Source: the human T2T-CHM13v2.0 reference genome, Homo sapiens
Reading direction: 5' to 3' (one strand)
Assembly (NCBI RefSeq): GCF_009914755.1
Contig: NC_060928.1
Length of the DNA stretch: 64,000 bases
Shown in pieces: positions 14,801-29,931 of this stretch. A program made the translations under genes and the position numbers. Numbering within the stretch: the first letter of the stretch is position 1; each line of letters opens with the position of its first letter. Under the pieces are notes generated by a model that was not told the origin of the DNA, ran no database searches, and was given only the letters and a program-made list of their open reading frames with translations.

Positions 14801-16527
14801 GGGCTGATGAGGGTGCAGAGCGCCTGGAACCCTTGTGCGTGACATCTGTGGATGCAAAGACAGCACAGCGGCTCCTGAAAACAGCCCTGTATTTGGATGC
14901 TGAGTCAGTTAGGAGTGAAGAGGTTTATTGGGAGGTCACACTTGTTAAAGGTAAAAGGTAGAAGAGCCAGTGTGGGCAGGTAGAGCTTCCCGACAGCCAT
15001 GCAAGTGTGACTGACCCTCTCAGCCAACCGACAGCAAGCTCCAGGGCAAAGGCTGCCTGCCAGAGTCCTGGTGTGTGCAGAAATGGGCAGGCCCTAGAAA
15101 TCCCTCCAGGGGGCAGTCATTGGCTGAGGGCTGCCAGAAAGAACAGCCTTGGTTCAGTGGGAGAGGCAGATCCTGAAGATGCCAAAATCCAGAGGCAGTC
15201 AAGCGACTGCCTGCCCTGAGGCTGGACAGCAAAGTCTTTCTTGAAGGGGGATCTGAGCCTCGCACCTCCTTCTGCCCACCTCCCTAAATGAACAGTGCCC
15301 GTCCCTTGGCAGCCCTCTCCCCGCCTTCCCTCTTAGCAGTACTGTCACCCCAACATGCTCTTGAATGTTTATGTGTTTGTCCCTTCACTGACAGATCCCC
15401 CATTGGCTCAGTTCCTCCCACGTGCAAGGTGTCTGGTAAATATCTGTTGAATAAATTGGTTAATCCTGTCCAGACCTCTGGAGCTAAGCCACTGGTCTAA
15501 GCCACCATCATTGCTCACTCCTACACTGCAGTAGCCTCCAAAGTCATCCCCTGGTTCTCACTTTGCCCCCCACAAAGTCCATGCCCCATACAGCAGGCAG
15601 ACTGACGCTGTAAAAATGGAAATTGGACCACGTCGTTTTTCCACCTCCACCCCCACCCTTCCCACTCTCTGCTTTGGCCACACCAGCCTCCTTGCTGCCA
15701 CAGAACACGCCAGGCTCATTTCATTCCAGAGCTTTGCACCTGGATCCAGTGACAGACAACTCCAGATGGAGGGTGGTCCGGGGAGGCCTCCCAGAGGAGG
15801 TGACTTTTCAGCTGGGACCTGAATAATGACAAAGATACAGGGAAGGGAGTCCCAGGCAGAATCACAGAAGGTGAGGCCCTCAGGAGTGAAATGCCCCTCA
15901 CCTGTGCCTTCCTGGGCACGACCCTCCACTTCTCCACCTGCAGAGCCAGACTGATAACACCGGCTCCTTCCTGCTCCTGTAGAGTGGCCACAGGTTTGCA
16001 GCCCTGAGAGCAGTGGGCTCTGATGACACCTGCTGGCTGTGTGACCTCACGTAACCCCTCCTCATCCCTAGGGAGGATAACGGGAGGCACCTGCAGCACG
16101 GGCAGTAGCTGGAGCCCACGGATGAGCTTTAAGGTATGAGCTACTTTCCCACGTAGGGCCTGGCACACAGTAGGCACTTATTCAGTGGTGGCCACTATTG
16201 AGCCTGCCCTGACAGTCCTTATGGGACAGCAGCTGTAACGAACGTTATTTCTCGAGACTCAGTTCCCAGGTGAATATCTGGGGAGAAACATGCTCAACTG
16301 ATGCTTGCAGAGAAGTATTTCTTTAAAGTGACATAACCAGCCCTCACCCTGTGCCAATAAAGGTCTGGCAGCACCACAGTGCTTTATTTTTAACCTGTCA
16401 CCTTGTCACCGCAGCACGAGGTGCAGCTGAGGTCACAGCGGGGTAGGGGGACAGCCAATGGCTCATCCCACGGGCCTGGGCCCCAGTCTCACCTCCATGC
16501 TCACTGCCTGCATGACCTTGAGTGAGT

Positions 16528-16660
16528 CACTCAGCCTCTCTGAGCCTCCCCGTCCCCCACTGGTGGAATGAGATGGATGACAACCCACCTTCTCCACCTC
16601 CAAGCTTCCTGTTCCCCTCCTCACAGCCACCAGCCGGCACATCCCAAAGCACAGACACAA
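16528..16660 (+). repeat. 133-bp direct repeat, copy 2
   Basis: Matches 14668-14800 with 3 mismatches. Confidence 0.95.
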
Positions 16661-17010
16661 TCAGCCCCCAGCCCAGTTACCAAGTCTGCCCCCTCCCCAC
16701 AGTGCCCTCAGGCCAGCACATGAGACCCTTGCCAAGACACCCCCACTACCCTCTGCAGCCTCAGCTCTCACTGCTTCCTCCCGGGAAGGCTACGCCCAGC
16801 TGCACAGAACTTCACCCTTCACTAACAAGCCATGCACTCCTACAACGCCAACCCGAAACACGTGCTGTTTCCTCTGCCGGGAATGCTTTCCCCTCATTCT
16901 TCTAGCTTAATATCTTCTACTCTGGGAAGCACAGACAGACCTGGCCCCTCCTCACTCCCTGCATGAGGCTCCAGGGCAACCAGTCTACAATATTTCGCAG
17001 AGCATCTTAG

Positions 17011-17323
<313 letters not shown>

Positions 17324-18589
17324 CTAGAGCAACACTTTTGTTTTGGTCTCTCTCTAGAAAGAGAGTCCTCCTGGAGGTCAATTGCCATACCTTCCTCGCC
17401 TCCGGGGCCATGGAGCCTGGTGGTTATGCACAAGCCTCTCCAGTTAGGTTGCCCGAGCTCAAAGCCCACTCTCCCACAGGTTAGCTCAGCAGCCACAGGT
17501 GAGCCTCTTCCCCTTTTGTGCTGCAGTATCCACATGTGTAAGCTGGGGATAAGAAACATACCTGCCTTCCAGGGGGATTGGAGGCTACTTGGCCTCAGAA
17601 GGCACTTAGAAAGCCCCTGGCAAGTCACGAGTGCTCATGTATGTCACATGCTCCTAATGTGCTCTCTGGGTTTCCAGCACAGACCACAGCCTGCAGTGGG
17701 TGCTCAGGTGATATTTGTAGAATGAATGAACAAACACGTGGCATGGAGAACAAAGCCAATAGGAGTCCAGTGGGAGAAAAGTAACTGAAACTCCCAGCTG
17801 GAAAAGGAGAAAATAAAACTAGAGGTAAAGTGTTGTGGTATGGCCACAAGTCCCCCCATCAAGAGATGAGGTCTATGCCTCCTCCTCTTGAGTCTGGTGG
17901 GCCTGTGACCCACTCAACCAAGAGCCTAGCAGAAATGAAGCTCTGGGACACCAAAAGCTGGGCATCAAAGGCCACACAACTGCCATCTTGTTCCCTGGAC
18001 ATTGCACCAGGAAACTTGAGCACCATGGAAGGAGTCCCACCACCCTGGGCTGCCATGCTGGACAAGCCACATGTCAGGGCTCAGGTGACAGTCCCAGCTG
18101 AGCTCAGCCCCTGCTGTCCCCACCAAGGCACCATAAATTACAGGGAAGCCACTGTGGGCCACCCAGCCCAGTCCATCCTCCAGCTGAACACCAACAAGCG
18201 ACCTCGGTGTAGGCAACATGCAGCAGAAGAATCACCCAGCTGAGCCCTTCCTCAGCTCCTGGCTCTTAAAACCATGAAACACAATGAAATGGCCATTCTC
18301 AGCTGGCACATCATGGGATCATTTGTTAGGAAGCCACAGATAACTGGAGAGAAAGTGGAGAGACTTTGGAAGTGGAAGGAAAAGATGATGTGAGTGAAGA
18401 TGAGACAAGTGGCAGCAAAGGACCAGCAAAGACAGCAGGTGCTGTGTGTGCTACACATCTGAGCCTACAGGTCCACTTTTGCCACAAGGGGAGACCTGAG
18501 CCCACTGTTCCCAAATGCAGTAATCATTTCCATGGCACCTGCTCTGAAATGCAGGCAGTCTCCCTGCAATTTTTTCATTTGTTCTCATT

Positions 18590-19165
18590 GTGTAAGTTCC
18601 CTATGGCTGCTGTAACACATTTCCACAACCATAGTGGCTTAGAAAAACAGAAGCTTATTCTCTAACTGTTCTGGAGGTCAGAAGTCTGAAATCAGCCTCA
18701 CTGGGCTAAAGTCAAGGTGTGGGCAGGGCTGGTTCCTGCTGGAGGCCCCAGGGGAGGATCCGTTTCCTTGATCTTCGAGCTTCTGGAGGTGTCCGCATTC
18801 CTTGGCTCATGACCCCTCCCTCCATCTTCAAAACCATCAGCTCAGCATCTTCAAATCTCTCTCCCTCTCTTCCTCTTTCTCTCCTCTTTCTTTCTCCCTC
18901 TCTTCTCTTCTCCCTCTCTTCCTCTTTCTCTCCTCTGCTTGTGTCATCCCATCTCCTTCTCTGATTCTGACCCTCCTACCTCCCTCTTATAAGGACCCCT
19001 GTGATGACATTGGGCCTACCCAGATAATCCAGGTCAACCTCCCCAACTCAAGAGCCTTAACTTAATCTCATCTGCAAACTTCCTTTTGCCATGTAAGGTA
19101 ACAAATTCACAGGTCTGGGGATTAGAATGTGGACATCTTTGGGGGGCATTATTCTTTCCACTACA
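18590..19165 (-). mobile_element. MLT1-type MaLR LTR
   Basis: ggctgctgtaacacatttccacaacc...ctggaggtcagaagtctgaaatc...ttttgccatgtaaggtaaca. Confidence 0.75.
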
Positions 19166-20439
19166 CTCACAAACATCCTGCAAAAGTGGACTTTATTGTC
19201 CTAATTTGACAATAAGGCTCAGGAAGGTGGGGCCATTGCCTGATGTCATGTGAGTAGCAGAGGCAAGAGCCAGTTTCAGGATGAATGGCCACACACATGC
19301 CCCAGTTCCAATGGCCTCCATAGATGTTGGGGTCTCACTGGAGGCAGAATTCACCCCAGATAGTTCAACAGAAGAGAAGTAAACAAAGAGGTGACCTACA
19401 GGAAGTGACCAAGGAAGCATTTGGGGCACATAGGGACTAAGGGCAAGGACAGGAGGCTGTTACTCCCTGGGCTGAAAGGTGCAGGGGAAGAGAACTGGGA
19501 CCATGAGACAGGATCCACTGGCACAAGCTGTGACCATGGAGAGCACAGCCGACCCTAGGATTGCAGCGCCACCGCAGGGAGAAGAACGGGGAGTGTTCCC
19601 CCTCTCCCTCCTGCCCTGCAAGCTCTGACTGGTGCCTCCCACTGGCCAAACTCCACGGGAGCCTTAGGGCAGGGACCACAGGTGATGCAGCCTCCAGGGC
19701 ACCACACTGGACAGAGAGGTGAAAAATAGATCTACGGGTCAAGTGGAGAAATCCAGCGCAGTCCACTGTGGCCACTCAGCAAACATCCTCGTCCCCCTAT
19801 CCGGGAAGAAACTCTCAGCCCAACACAGTAAGGCACGGGGTCCCACCAGCAACGGTATCATTGAGGGAGACGCCACTTCAGATGCCTGCCTTGAGCCTAC
19901 AGCACCACACTGTCCACCACAGGTAGCCTTCATTCAAGGTGGCCAGGAGAGATGAGGGCAGGGGAAAAAGGGCCAATCAGCAGCGAGTCCTTCTTCCTCC
20001 ACCCACCGATAGGCACCTTGCCTGTGCCAGAGCACCTGGTTCTTCACCTGGGGGAACGACCCAAGTTTTCACCCATGATCTGGGTCTGTCATGCTCCCAT
20101 CTCTATGTTCAGGGCTGCCATGCTCAGTAGACCTTTTTTATCAGATGTCAGTGCTAAGAAGCATCCCCGTGGATCCTCTGGGCCCCAGATACCACCAAGA
20201 AGTGACCTCATTTATCCTTGGTAGCTAGGAGCAGTCACCCCTCATCCCAGTGCCCCCTTCTCTACCAGGCCACCCAGCAGCAGCAGGAGTCCAAATGGCC
20301 TCGGTCCCAGTGTCCACTTTCACAGACTGTGGCCCTGCTCCCTGATGGAAGCCTTCCTTCTTGGGGCACCAGGACCCCCAAACACACCACGCCTAATGAA
20401 CTAGAAGCAAAATTAGTTCAAGGGGTTATCAGGGGGTGA

Positions 20440-20885
20440 CTGCTATGGGTTGAACTGTGTGCTCTCCCCACAAAAAATTCACATTGAAGTCCAAACCCAC
20501 AATACCTCAGCATGTGACCTTATTTGGAAATAGGGTCACTGCAGATGTCATTAGTTAAAATGAGGCCATGCTGGAGTAGGGTTTACCCCCAATCCAAAAT
20601 GACGGGTGCCCTCATCAAAGAGGAAATTTGGACACAGAGACAGACAGGCACAGGGAGAAAGGCAGACACCACGGTGACACCATCTACAAGCCAAAGAATG
20701 CCAAAGATGGACAGCAAATCACAATAAGCTGGGAGAGGGGTACAGGACAGATTCCCCCTCTAATTCCTCCATAGAAACTGACCCAGCTATCGTCTTCGTC
20801 CCAGACTGCTGGCTGCCAGAACCATGAGACAATCAATTTCCTTTCTTCAAGCCACTCTGTGTGTAGTGCTTTGTTAAGGCAGCCT
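20440..20885 (+). mobile_element. MLT1-type MaLR LTR
   Basis: tgctatgggttgaactgtgt...tgtgaccttatttggaaatagggtc...tttgttaaggcagcc. Confidence 0.75.
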
Positions 20886-20917
20886 CAGTCTGTAGACGGC
20901 TACAACAAGATACCTTA

Positions 20918-21446
<529 letters not shown>

Positions 21447-21905
21447 TCAGTGTCTGACAAGGGCTCTGTGCTTCAAGGATGGCGCCTTCTCACTGCGTCC
21501 TCACATGGTAGATATCTGCCTCGGCCTCTTTTATAAGGGCTCCACCCTCTTGACCTCTTGACCTAATCACCTCCCAAAGCCCCACCCTCAATACTCTGTT
21601 GGTGGGTAGATTTCAGCACAGGACTACTGGAGAGATGGGAACATTCAGACCACCACACAGCCCCAACACACTAACACAGTGGCCACGTCTGGGGCTGCCC
21701 TGTGCAATCATTCATAACACACCCTTTCATTCTCTAAGGTACCCCACTTTGGATGATAAATTATTTGACACCCTAGTGATTATAAGCCAGTGAAGGGCTC
21801 CTCCTAACTCCATCCACTGGTCCTCAAACCTGTGTATGTGGCTGTGCAGGTGACAGTCACAAAACAGTCAGCCGCTGATCTAAGGCATACAGGACAAGGC
21901 CCCAC

Positions 21906-21970
21906 CTGCTGTGTGTTGTCTGGAGGCCGGTGTGGCAGCCAGGCCTGCAGCCGCAGGCCCTTCTCCCTGC
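21906..21970 (-). other. Candidate additional non-coding first exon of PPP2R2C
   Basis: - strand donor CAG|gtgggg at 21906/21905 in a locally CpG-richer unique patch; I recall a second upstream first exon in this interval but cannot verify it. Confidence 0.25.
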
Positions 21971-22486
21971 TTCTGGGTGATGAGAGTGAACCCCACGGGC
22001 GAGGGCCCTTTGCCGCAGCTCTGCACCACCGCAGGAATCCTTTGAATGATGTGATGCTTGTGGGCGACGGTGACTGTGAATTAGGAATTCCACAATGACA
22101 CTGCTGACAGAAGCGGGTGGGAAGGCGATTCTGTATCTGGCTTATGCATCCGCCCCCCTGAGAACAAGGGAACCAACCTGCCCCCGGGTGCTTGCTGGTC
22201 TCCTCGGGTAATGCTGCCACACCCAAAGTCACTGTTGTCCCCTGATGTTGGAGACTGGGACCTCAGCTGTGGCAGTGGCCAGCTCAGCCCTGGAGAGTTG
22301 AAGGCCATATTTTCTGCCTGTGTGTTTCCCCATCTCTGCCCTATTTTGTGTGTGAGCCCAAGAGTGAGCCCTGGGGTGGCTGGAAAGAGTCTGCCCAGCA
22401 CCCACAGGCAGGCTAGCGTGTCTATCCTGTGACCGAGAGCCTCCTGCGTGAAGGATGCCTCTGGGGAGCATCCGCATGGGGCACGT

Positions 22487-22943
22487 GGGGGTTCATTCCA
22501 TGTGTCAACTTGACGGGGCCACGGGATGCCCAGATATCATGCTAAACATCATTTCCAGGTGTGTCTGTGAGGGTGTTTCCAGTAGAGATGAGCATTTGAA
22601 TCAGTAGACTAAGTAATCCCACTGTGGATGGGCCTCCCCCAGTTTGTTCAGGGCCTGAATGGAACAAAAAGGCAGGAGAAGGGAGAATTCACTCTCTCTG
22701 TCTGTCTGCTGGAGCTGGGACATCAGTCTTCTCCTGCCCTGGGATTGGCACTCACACCATCGCAACATCAGCCTTCCTGGTTCTCAAACCTTCAAACTAG
22801 AACAACTAGTTCTCCAGCTTCCGGATGGAGCTCAGGGGACTTCTCAGCTCCATAACTGCCTGAGCCAATTCCGTGTGCGTGTGTGTGCGCACACGTGCAG
22901 TGATCCTATTGGCCCTGTTTCTCTGAAGAACCCTGACTACTAC
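22487..22943 (+). mobile_element. MLT2-type (ERVL) solo LTR
   Basis: atgtgtcaacttgac...ggtgtgtctgtgagggtgtttccag...cctattggccctgtttctctgaagaaccctgactactaca. Confidence 0.8.
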
Positions 22944-25762
22944 AGGGCACAAATACCTCATGCTCTGCAGTCATTTGAGAGGTCCATCCACACACCTCTT
23001 CCCCAGGCCACCTTGTCATCATCCTGCAACCTTGTTCTTTCCAGAGCCCTGCCCAGCTTGCCAACCCATGCATTAGTGTAGATCCCTACTCCAGGCTGTG
23101 GTTCCTCCCCAGCAACATGAGCAACCAGATTCTCCCCCTGAAGTTTTGCCTCCTGGGAGAATCTGCAAGCATCTCTCGGGGTGCCCCTGAGTTGGTTATT
23201 ATCACAGAAGGATGCAGCCACTGCACCCTCCTCCAAAGGAGGGAAGGGGGAAGGAGGCGGCAACCCTACTTCTCTCTCCACCTGCCCTCCCAGCTCCTGG
23301 CAATGCCTCCTGTGGGCAAAACCCACCCAAAGACTCCCCGGCAGAGATCCAGGTGGTAAATTTGACAGGATCAGGTTCCAGGCACAGACCAGGGCAGAGA
23401 GAAGCTGGGGCTGGAAAGGAACAAGGGGTACAAGCCTCCTTAGAAGATACCGAGGAGGATTCAAGGTACCAGCCTTCAAGGAGGTCATTTTTAACTACAC
23501 TGTACTTGCTAATAGGTTCCTTTCCTGAGAAAGAGTAGAAATAGTCACTTTAAATTCACTGTATTGTGGTCCTGCAGCACTGACATTAGAATCTGGGAAG
23601 AATATTTGAACCACTCATTGGTGTTATCCAAACACACCTGATGCATTAGGACAACAACATCTACAACAACAGGAACTATGAGCCAGGCTCCGAGAACACA
23701 GATGAGTTCTTACAGATCTTATAGTCAGGAGATGCTGGGTGCAAGGTCAGCAAAAAAAAAAGAAAGAAAGAAAGAAAAGAAAAGATGATGACGTTGGACC
23801 CGGAGTACAGTGATGGAGACTCCCTGGGTGGGACGTATTTAGCTGGGAGGCAAGGAAGGTCTCTGGAGAGAGGACATGGAAGCTGCGACCTGAAGGATGA
23901 GTTAGAGTGAGTGCTGGGTTAGCACCAGGAGCAGAGGGAATAGCAGGGGCAAAGGGCCCGGGACAGGAGAGAGCCCAGGATGTACCAAGGTCGGGAAAAA
24001 GGCTGCTGTGTAGTGAGCGCTGTGGAGATGGGCACAGCAGAGGTCAGCATGGTTATTTTAGGGAGTTGAAAGGGGAGTCTGGATTGGGAGGCCCTCAAGT
24101 AGTCCAGAAGAGGAGACAATGGCTTGACCTGGGGTAGTAGAGATGAAGAAGGAGAGGAGGCAGATCTGAGGGTGAGCTACTGCAGAATATTCCCCACCTG
24201 GGCACTGGAGACCCAGATGACATGGGCGGGCACAACGGACGCTGGCCTGGAGTGAGGTGCATCCCACAGGCCCTGGTTCTACTCTCACCTGCTGCGTGAC
24301 TCCAGGCAAACCCTCCCCAGCCCCACCCCAGACCTCTCCTCCTCCCCTGTGGACAGGAAGGCAGGAGGAAGGAGGCGGCCAGGTGCTTCTGAGCAGCCTC
24401 AGCACCCATCCTCTTAAAGGTGCCCGAGCCCAGCAGGACAGCCCCTGGCGGTGAGACTTGGGGCAGTGACTTCTCCCAACCTCACCACATGTCACAGCAT
24501 CACCTGCAAAGTGGCTGTGATGATCGCATCCCAACACCGAGTGAGCGCCTGATACACCTAACAGGCTCTGCCTGTGCCAAGCATGCAGCAAGTTCTCCAT
24601 AAGTGCCAGCTAAGAAGATTAACACTACTCTCAGCTGCCATCTGTGACCTGGGGTGCTGGTGGGGCTGTCACTTAAGGGGCCCCATCCCCTTGCTTGGGA
24701 GAGCCATCCATGGGGACAGGGAAATTGTACCTGCAGTGGGAAGGCCACCCATGCAAGGTCAAGGAGAAGCCTTTCTCAGGGCTTACAAAGAGCCCTCTTC
24801 TCTCCTCCTGGGACCTGCAGGTGTGTGAGCCTTTACCTGCCACCTCTGGCTGCCTCCTAACAAGGAGAAGGCCACCTGTGCTCAGCCTCCTAAAATATCA
24901 GGGCATCCCCTGAACTTCCCAATACTCAGCCTGATCAACTCTGTGCTTGGGTCAAACTAGGTTGGATTTCAGATTCTTGCCGCAGAAAGATTCTTTGGCA
25001 GCCAGGAACTACACAATGGAAGAGGCTCTGATGGACACCATCCTCTGACCAGGAGTGCCAGCAAAGAGTGCAACAGTGTCCCCACCATGAAGCCACACCC
25101 CACTCAACATGGAGCCCTGCACCGAGCCAAGCTTGGAATGAAGACCTGGGCAACCGGTCCACTCCAGACCCAGGAAAGGATTTCCACAGTGTCTCCCTGC
25201 CTGGCCTCCCATCTAAAGATGCCCCACCCAGTGAGTCTCCATCACAGCCCCCAAAGCCCAGCGTCATCTTTTTTTCTGACCTTGCACCCTCACAGGTGCC
25301 CATCCTGGGAATTCACCACCCAGCCCTGCGGCTCTGATGGGACACCAGCCTCCAGCCAGGAGTGCACAGGAAAGACAGCAACAGTGGCTCCCAGCTCTGT
25401 GGCTCTGCAATGCCAGGGGAACACTGCGCTGAGACAGGGGCTCTGATGAGCAGGCAGCCCTGACAATAGCAGTTTCCTGAGAAGGAATCACAGAACAGAA
25501 CCTAAATTTAAACACTGGGAGAGCAGCTCGCAGTCCAGCCAAGGCAGGAAGAACTAGGTTCAGATCCATCTCTCACTGCTAAGCAGCCTGGAGCACATCA
25601 CTGGCACCTCAGTGTGCTCCTCTGTAAAACCGGGGGCAGTGGGCACGTCCACACCCTCACAAGTTGACTTGAGGATAAGTGAGATAGAGTGTATAGTGCA
25701 TAGTGCCCGTGCAGTGCCAGGCTCACAGAAGTGCCCAATAAATGGCAGTTCTGAAAAAATAC

Positions 25763-25767
<5 letters not shown>

Positions 25768-25802
<35 letters not shown>
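25768..25802. repeat. (CA)n microsatellite
   Basis: Directly visible. Confidence 0.95.
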
Positions 25803-25805
<3 letters not shown>

Positions 25806-25940
25806 CAGAGGCAAAGAGATTAAACTTCACCCAGGGCTGCAAATTTGCAACACGCAGCATCTGTGATCACTGTGCCAACTACACTCCCAACACCTTAACC
25901 CAATTCTTGCCCCATGCATAACTTCCTCCAAAATCCCCCC

Positions 25941-26280
25941 TGCTGTGGACTGGATGCTTGTGTCCCCCTGAATTCCTATGTTGAAATCCTAACCCCCAAT
26001 GTGAGATATGAGGAGCCGGGCCCTGGGGAAACAATTAGAAGGAAATTAGTGCCCTTCTAAAATAGACTCAAGGGAGCTCATTTGCCCCTTCCACCCTGAG
26101 AGGGTACTGCAAGAAGGCACCATCCGTGAACCAGAACGCAGGTCCTCACCAGACACTGAATCCGCCACGCCTTGATCTTGGACTTCCAGCCTCCAGAACG
26201 GTGAGAAATAAACCTGTGTTGTTCATAAGCTGCCCAGGCTATATGGTGTTTTGTTACGGCAGCCCCAACGGACTAAGACA
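25941..26280 (+). mobile_element. MLT1A/MST-type MaLR LTR
   Basis: tgctgtggactggatgcttgtgtccccc...ttgatcttggacttccagcctccagaac...ggactaagaca. Confidence 0.8.
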
Positions 26281-27039
26281 GCTCCCTTCCTGAACTGTGT
26301 TCCATGTGCTAATCAGATTTCAGGCCATTTCATCCATTCACTCCTCAAACATGTGGTGTGTGACCCCAAGGGGCAACTCAAACCCTGGGGATTCCACGTC
26401 AAAATTGACATGTCCCTTAAGGTGTTGGGGGAACCACAGGGGAAGCCCACCAAGGAAGAGGCATCCTGGGGCCCTTGAAGGCTATGCAGGCGTTAGCCAG
26501 GCAAGGCAGGGGCAGGGGTGCCCCAGGGCAGGGAGCAGCCCCATGCAAGACCCATGCAAGACCCTCCTGGAGGAGGGCAAGCAGGGGACAGTGCACAGCC
26601 CCCCAGGCCCAGCCCACCCAGGCTCTTGGCTACCAGACTAAGGGCTGGAACTTCTATGTTCTTCTGGAAGCAACTCCAAGCCAGGGGCGTTTCCATACTG
26701 GCAAATGAAAAAAATAAGATTTGCTTTTTTTCTGACAGCAGCAGTGAGCTCCAGGCCCTTGTTGAGAGGTGGTGGGGTAGAGTGACCAAGGACAAGCCTT
26801 GGGGGAGGACTGAAAGGCTCTCCGCCACTAACAGCTGTGGGACCTCAGGCAGATCACTTAATCTCTCTGTGCCTCAGTAAAACGGAGCCAACAAGAGCAC
26901 CCATTTCACCAGGTTGTGGCGGAAGGAAAGCAGCTCATACCTAGGAAGCACTGGAAGCGTCCCTGGATCCTACAAAGCACCTCTCAGTGTTGGCTGCTGT
27001 TACTGGAGCTCTGTGCCTATCCACAGCCATGGGGTTGGA

Positions 27040-27829
27040 GCTGCACCCGCTTCACAAGTGTGTGACCCAGGCAGCCACACAGGCCTCATGCTTGGAAGGG
27101 GCTCGTGCTTGGGGTTTAAGGCTCTGCAGAGTCATAAAATTCCTGACAGCTGAATCTTTGAATGTGTGTTTCCTAAGCAATGTCTGATGGAACAGCAGAG
27201 CCTGTGCTGTGAGCATGGAGCGTGTGCTCCTGCCTCCTGCCACCTCCCCAACCTGGGTTCTCAGCTGACTGCTCCCCTGGCCTCTGGCACCCTGGACCCC
27301 ACCCTTCCTCCTCTTTGTGCCTTGTCTCAGTGTCACTGCTGCCCTCCTCCCCTGGCAGGGGTCTGGGTCTAGGAGTGTATGCACCCCAGTGCATCCTGGG
27401 GTGGATCATGGCGGTGACCGCCCTTCCCTGGGCTGGCAGTGCCACTGTGTGTTCGGTGGGCAGTTCAGCAGGAACATCAGGTACCAACTGTCTCAACCCC
27501 AAGGCTGCAATGCCCTGTGGGGTACCTGTCTGCCATGGATTGGGGCATCGACCTGTGGACCTGTGGGAAGGGGAAATGCCTGACTCGACACTCAACTTCC
27601 CTGTCCCTGGCCAGAAGACAGGCGTCTTGCAAGAGTCTGCACTCACCCTGCAAGCATCCCCATGCCCAAAGGAACACGATGTTACACAGGAAATAAAACC
27701 ACCATGACAGGCGGAGAGAGAGTGCAGGAGAAAGTGAGCACTTTTAACCACACTTTCCCCTACTTTTTGAACACAGGGCCCTGCATTTTCATTTTGCACT
27801 GAGCCCCACAAATTATGTAGCTGGTCCTG
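27040..27829 (+). mobile_element. MER45-like hAT DNA transposon remnant
   Basis: 3' end cattttcattttgcactgagccccacaaattatgtagctggtcctg, with a matching 5'-type segment near 27045. Confidence 0.6.
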
Positions 27830-29931
27830 GGTCGGAAGGAGGTGGGGGGAGGGGGAGGGGAGGACTTGCACCTTTTACTCCAACTATTTCCATATTGTTT
27901 CATGTTTTTCCAAGATGCTGGTGATCATGCATTCATTTTGCAATTTTTTTATTCCAAAAAGAGCTTAATGGCTACACACACGGAGAGAGACACAAACACA
28001 CACACAGACACACCTATACAGACATAGAGCTACACAGACACACTTGGATACACACACAGATACACAGACACACCCACAGATACATACATGGACACATACA
28101 CACACTGGCGTTTAGAACCCAGGGACTGACTCCCAGCCCAAAGATCTTCCGTGACCCATTGCCAGCCGCAAGCAGGCTCTAGGGAGTCCTAAGAGAGCTG
28201 AAGAAGGTTCTACATCGAGCCTGCCTACCCCTTTTCTGAAAAGCAGAGAAAGGCCATGTGGCATTCACTCACTCACGCACTCACTAATCGACAGTCAACA
28301 ATTCCACACTGAGAAGCTGCGATTTGCCAAGCACAGTCAGTGTCCTGCAGACATGACCGGATATAGTCCCTGCCCTCAAGGGGTGAGGGTATTCCCAGGG
28401 GTGAGGACACCTGGGACAGAGAAGGCATCCCAGGTGGGCGGAAACCCTCACTCCACAGCAGGGAGGTAGGAAACAGACACATTCAGGGGCCTGGAGGGAG
28501 CTGAGCATGAGCAGGCGACCAGGGCGTGGTCAGAGTGCGGGGGACAATGAGACTGAGGAGGCAGCTGCAGCAGATTGTGGGGCACTGACAGCTGACAGAG
28601 GAGCTCACCTGTGGGCAACGGGCCCCACTCCCTGCCACAGCCCGTCCCCTCCATGTTGCTGACAGTGTCCCTGTGATGTCTTCCCGTGACAGTGTGAGCA
28701 CATGCCAAAGAGGACTCGCCACAGCCTCTGGAGCTCTCCCACTGGCAGCTGTGTGGCCTCGGGCAAGTTACTTAACTTCTCTGCACCTCAGTTTCCTTAT
28801 CCTATAATGGGGATAATGTGGGGAGGATTCAACGGAGTCGGGGGTGGGGGGTTGGATATTTGAAAGCTCTTGGAACAGTGTGTTTGTTATATAAAGTGAC
28901 AGAGACCAGCACCCTACCCCGGTCCACCAGCCCTCTGTACCTTCCATCACCCACCTCACTGGGCCCCTGAAGGGAGGAGGGAAGAAAGCAAAAACAGATT
29001 CCTGGGCCCTCACCAGTACCCCCCATAGGCCTCTTCTTTTATCTCTGCCACAACCTTGCCCGCTAAGCAACGTCATCCCCATTTCACAGAAGAGAAACTG
29101 AGGCCCTGAGAGAGTAAGCCACTTGCTGAAGGCCACCCGGCCGGTCAGGGCGAAGCTAGGATTCAATCCAGGCGGGGCAGCGTCTCGGGCCACAGAGTGT
29201 GTGGTCCCTGTCCCTGGGACCCTCCGCATAAAAGCCAACCAGGGTCACTTCCCAGGGTGCGAGAGCAGCTGTCCATCCCACCAACGCTCTTCGGGCTCTG
29301 GGCGCGCCACTGTCATGGACTGTCCCTGCCAGCCAAAAAAAAAAAAAAAAGGCTTCTCCAAACCAGAGCAGCAGCCGGGCCTGACTCAGCACCCACCGGC
29401 GCGGGCAGCGGGAGGAGCGCGTAGACGCTGCTGGATGGTACCCGCGGCCGGGACTGAACTCCGCCGCATTGGGTCTTACCCCGGACTCCGAGCCGGACCC
29501 CGCGCCCGCACCTTCAGCCGGGCAGCGAGGGGGGGCTCGAGCGCGCCGGTTCTCGGCCGAGACGCTGTGGCTGACACCGGTGGAGCGATCTGCCCTGGCT
29601 CGCGCGGCGAGCAAGTGCTGGAGGCAGGGTTCCAAGCCGGTTCTGTCGGGTTCCCTCAAGACCCCGAGAGCACGCGCTCCGGAGGGACCCCGGCACTTCG
29701 GACCCTAGCAGAGCCAGCCCTGCCCCAGGACCGCCCCGGGGTCGGTGCCCGGGCTCTCTGAGTCTCGCTTCTGGCCCGCGAAGACGCGCCCTCTCCTCCA
29801 GTCGCGGGAGTCCCGCACCCGAGGGCCGCGTCCCCGGGCAGGGTGAGGTCCTGCGGGGCTGGGGGTGAGGCGGGGTGGGCGCGAGGCGGCTCCGGAGCGG
29901 CGGGGCCGGGCGCCCTGCAGCCCGCGCTTAC

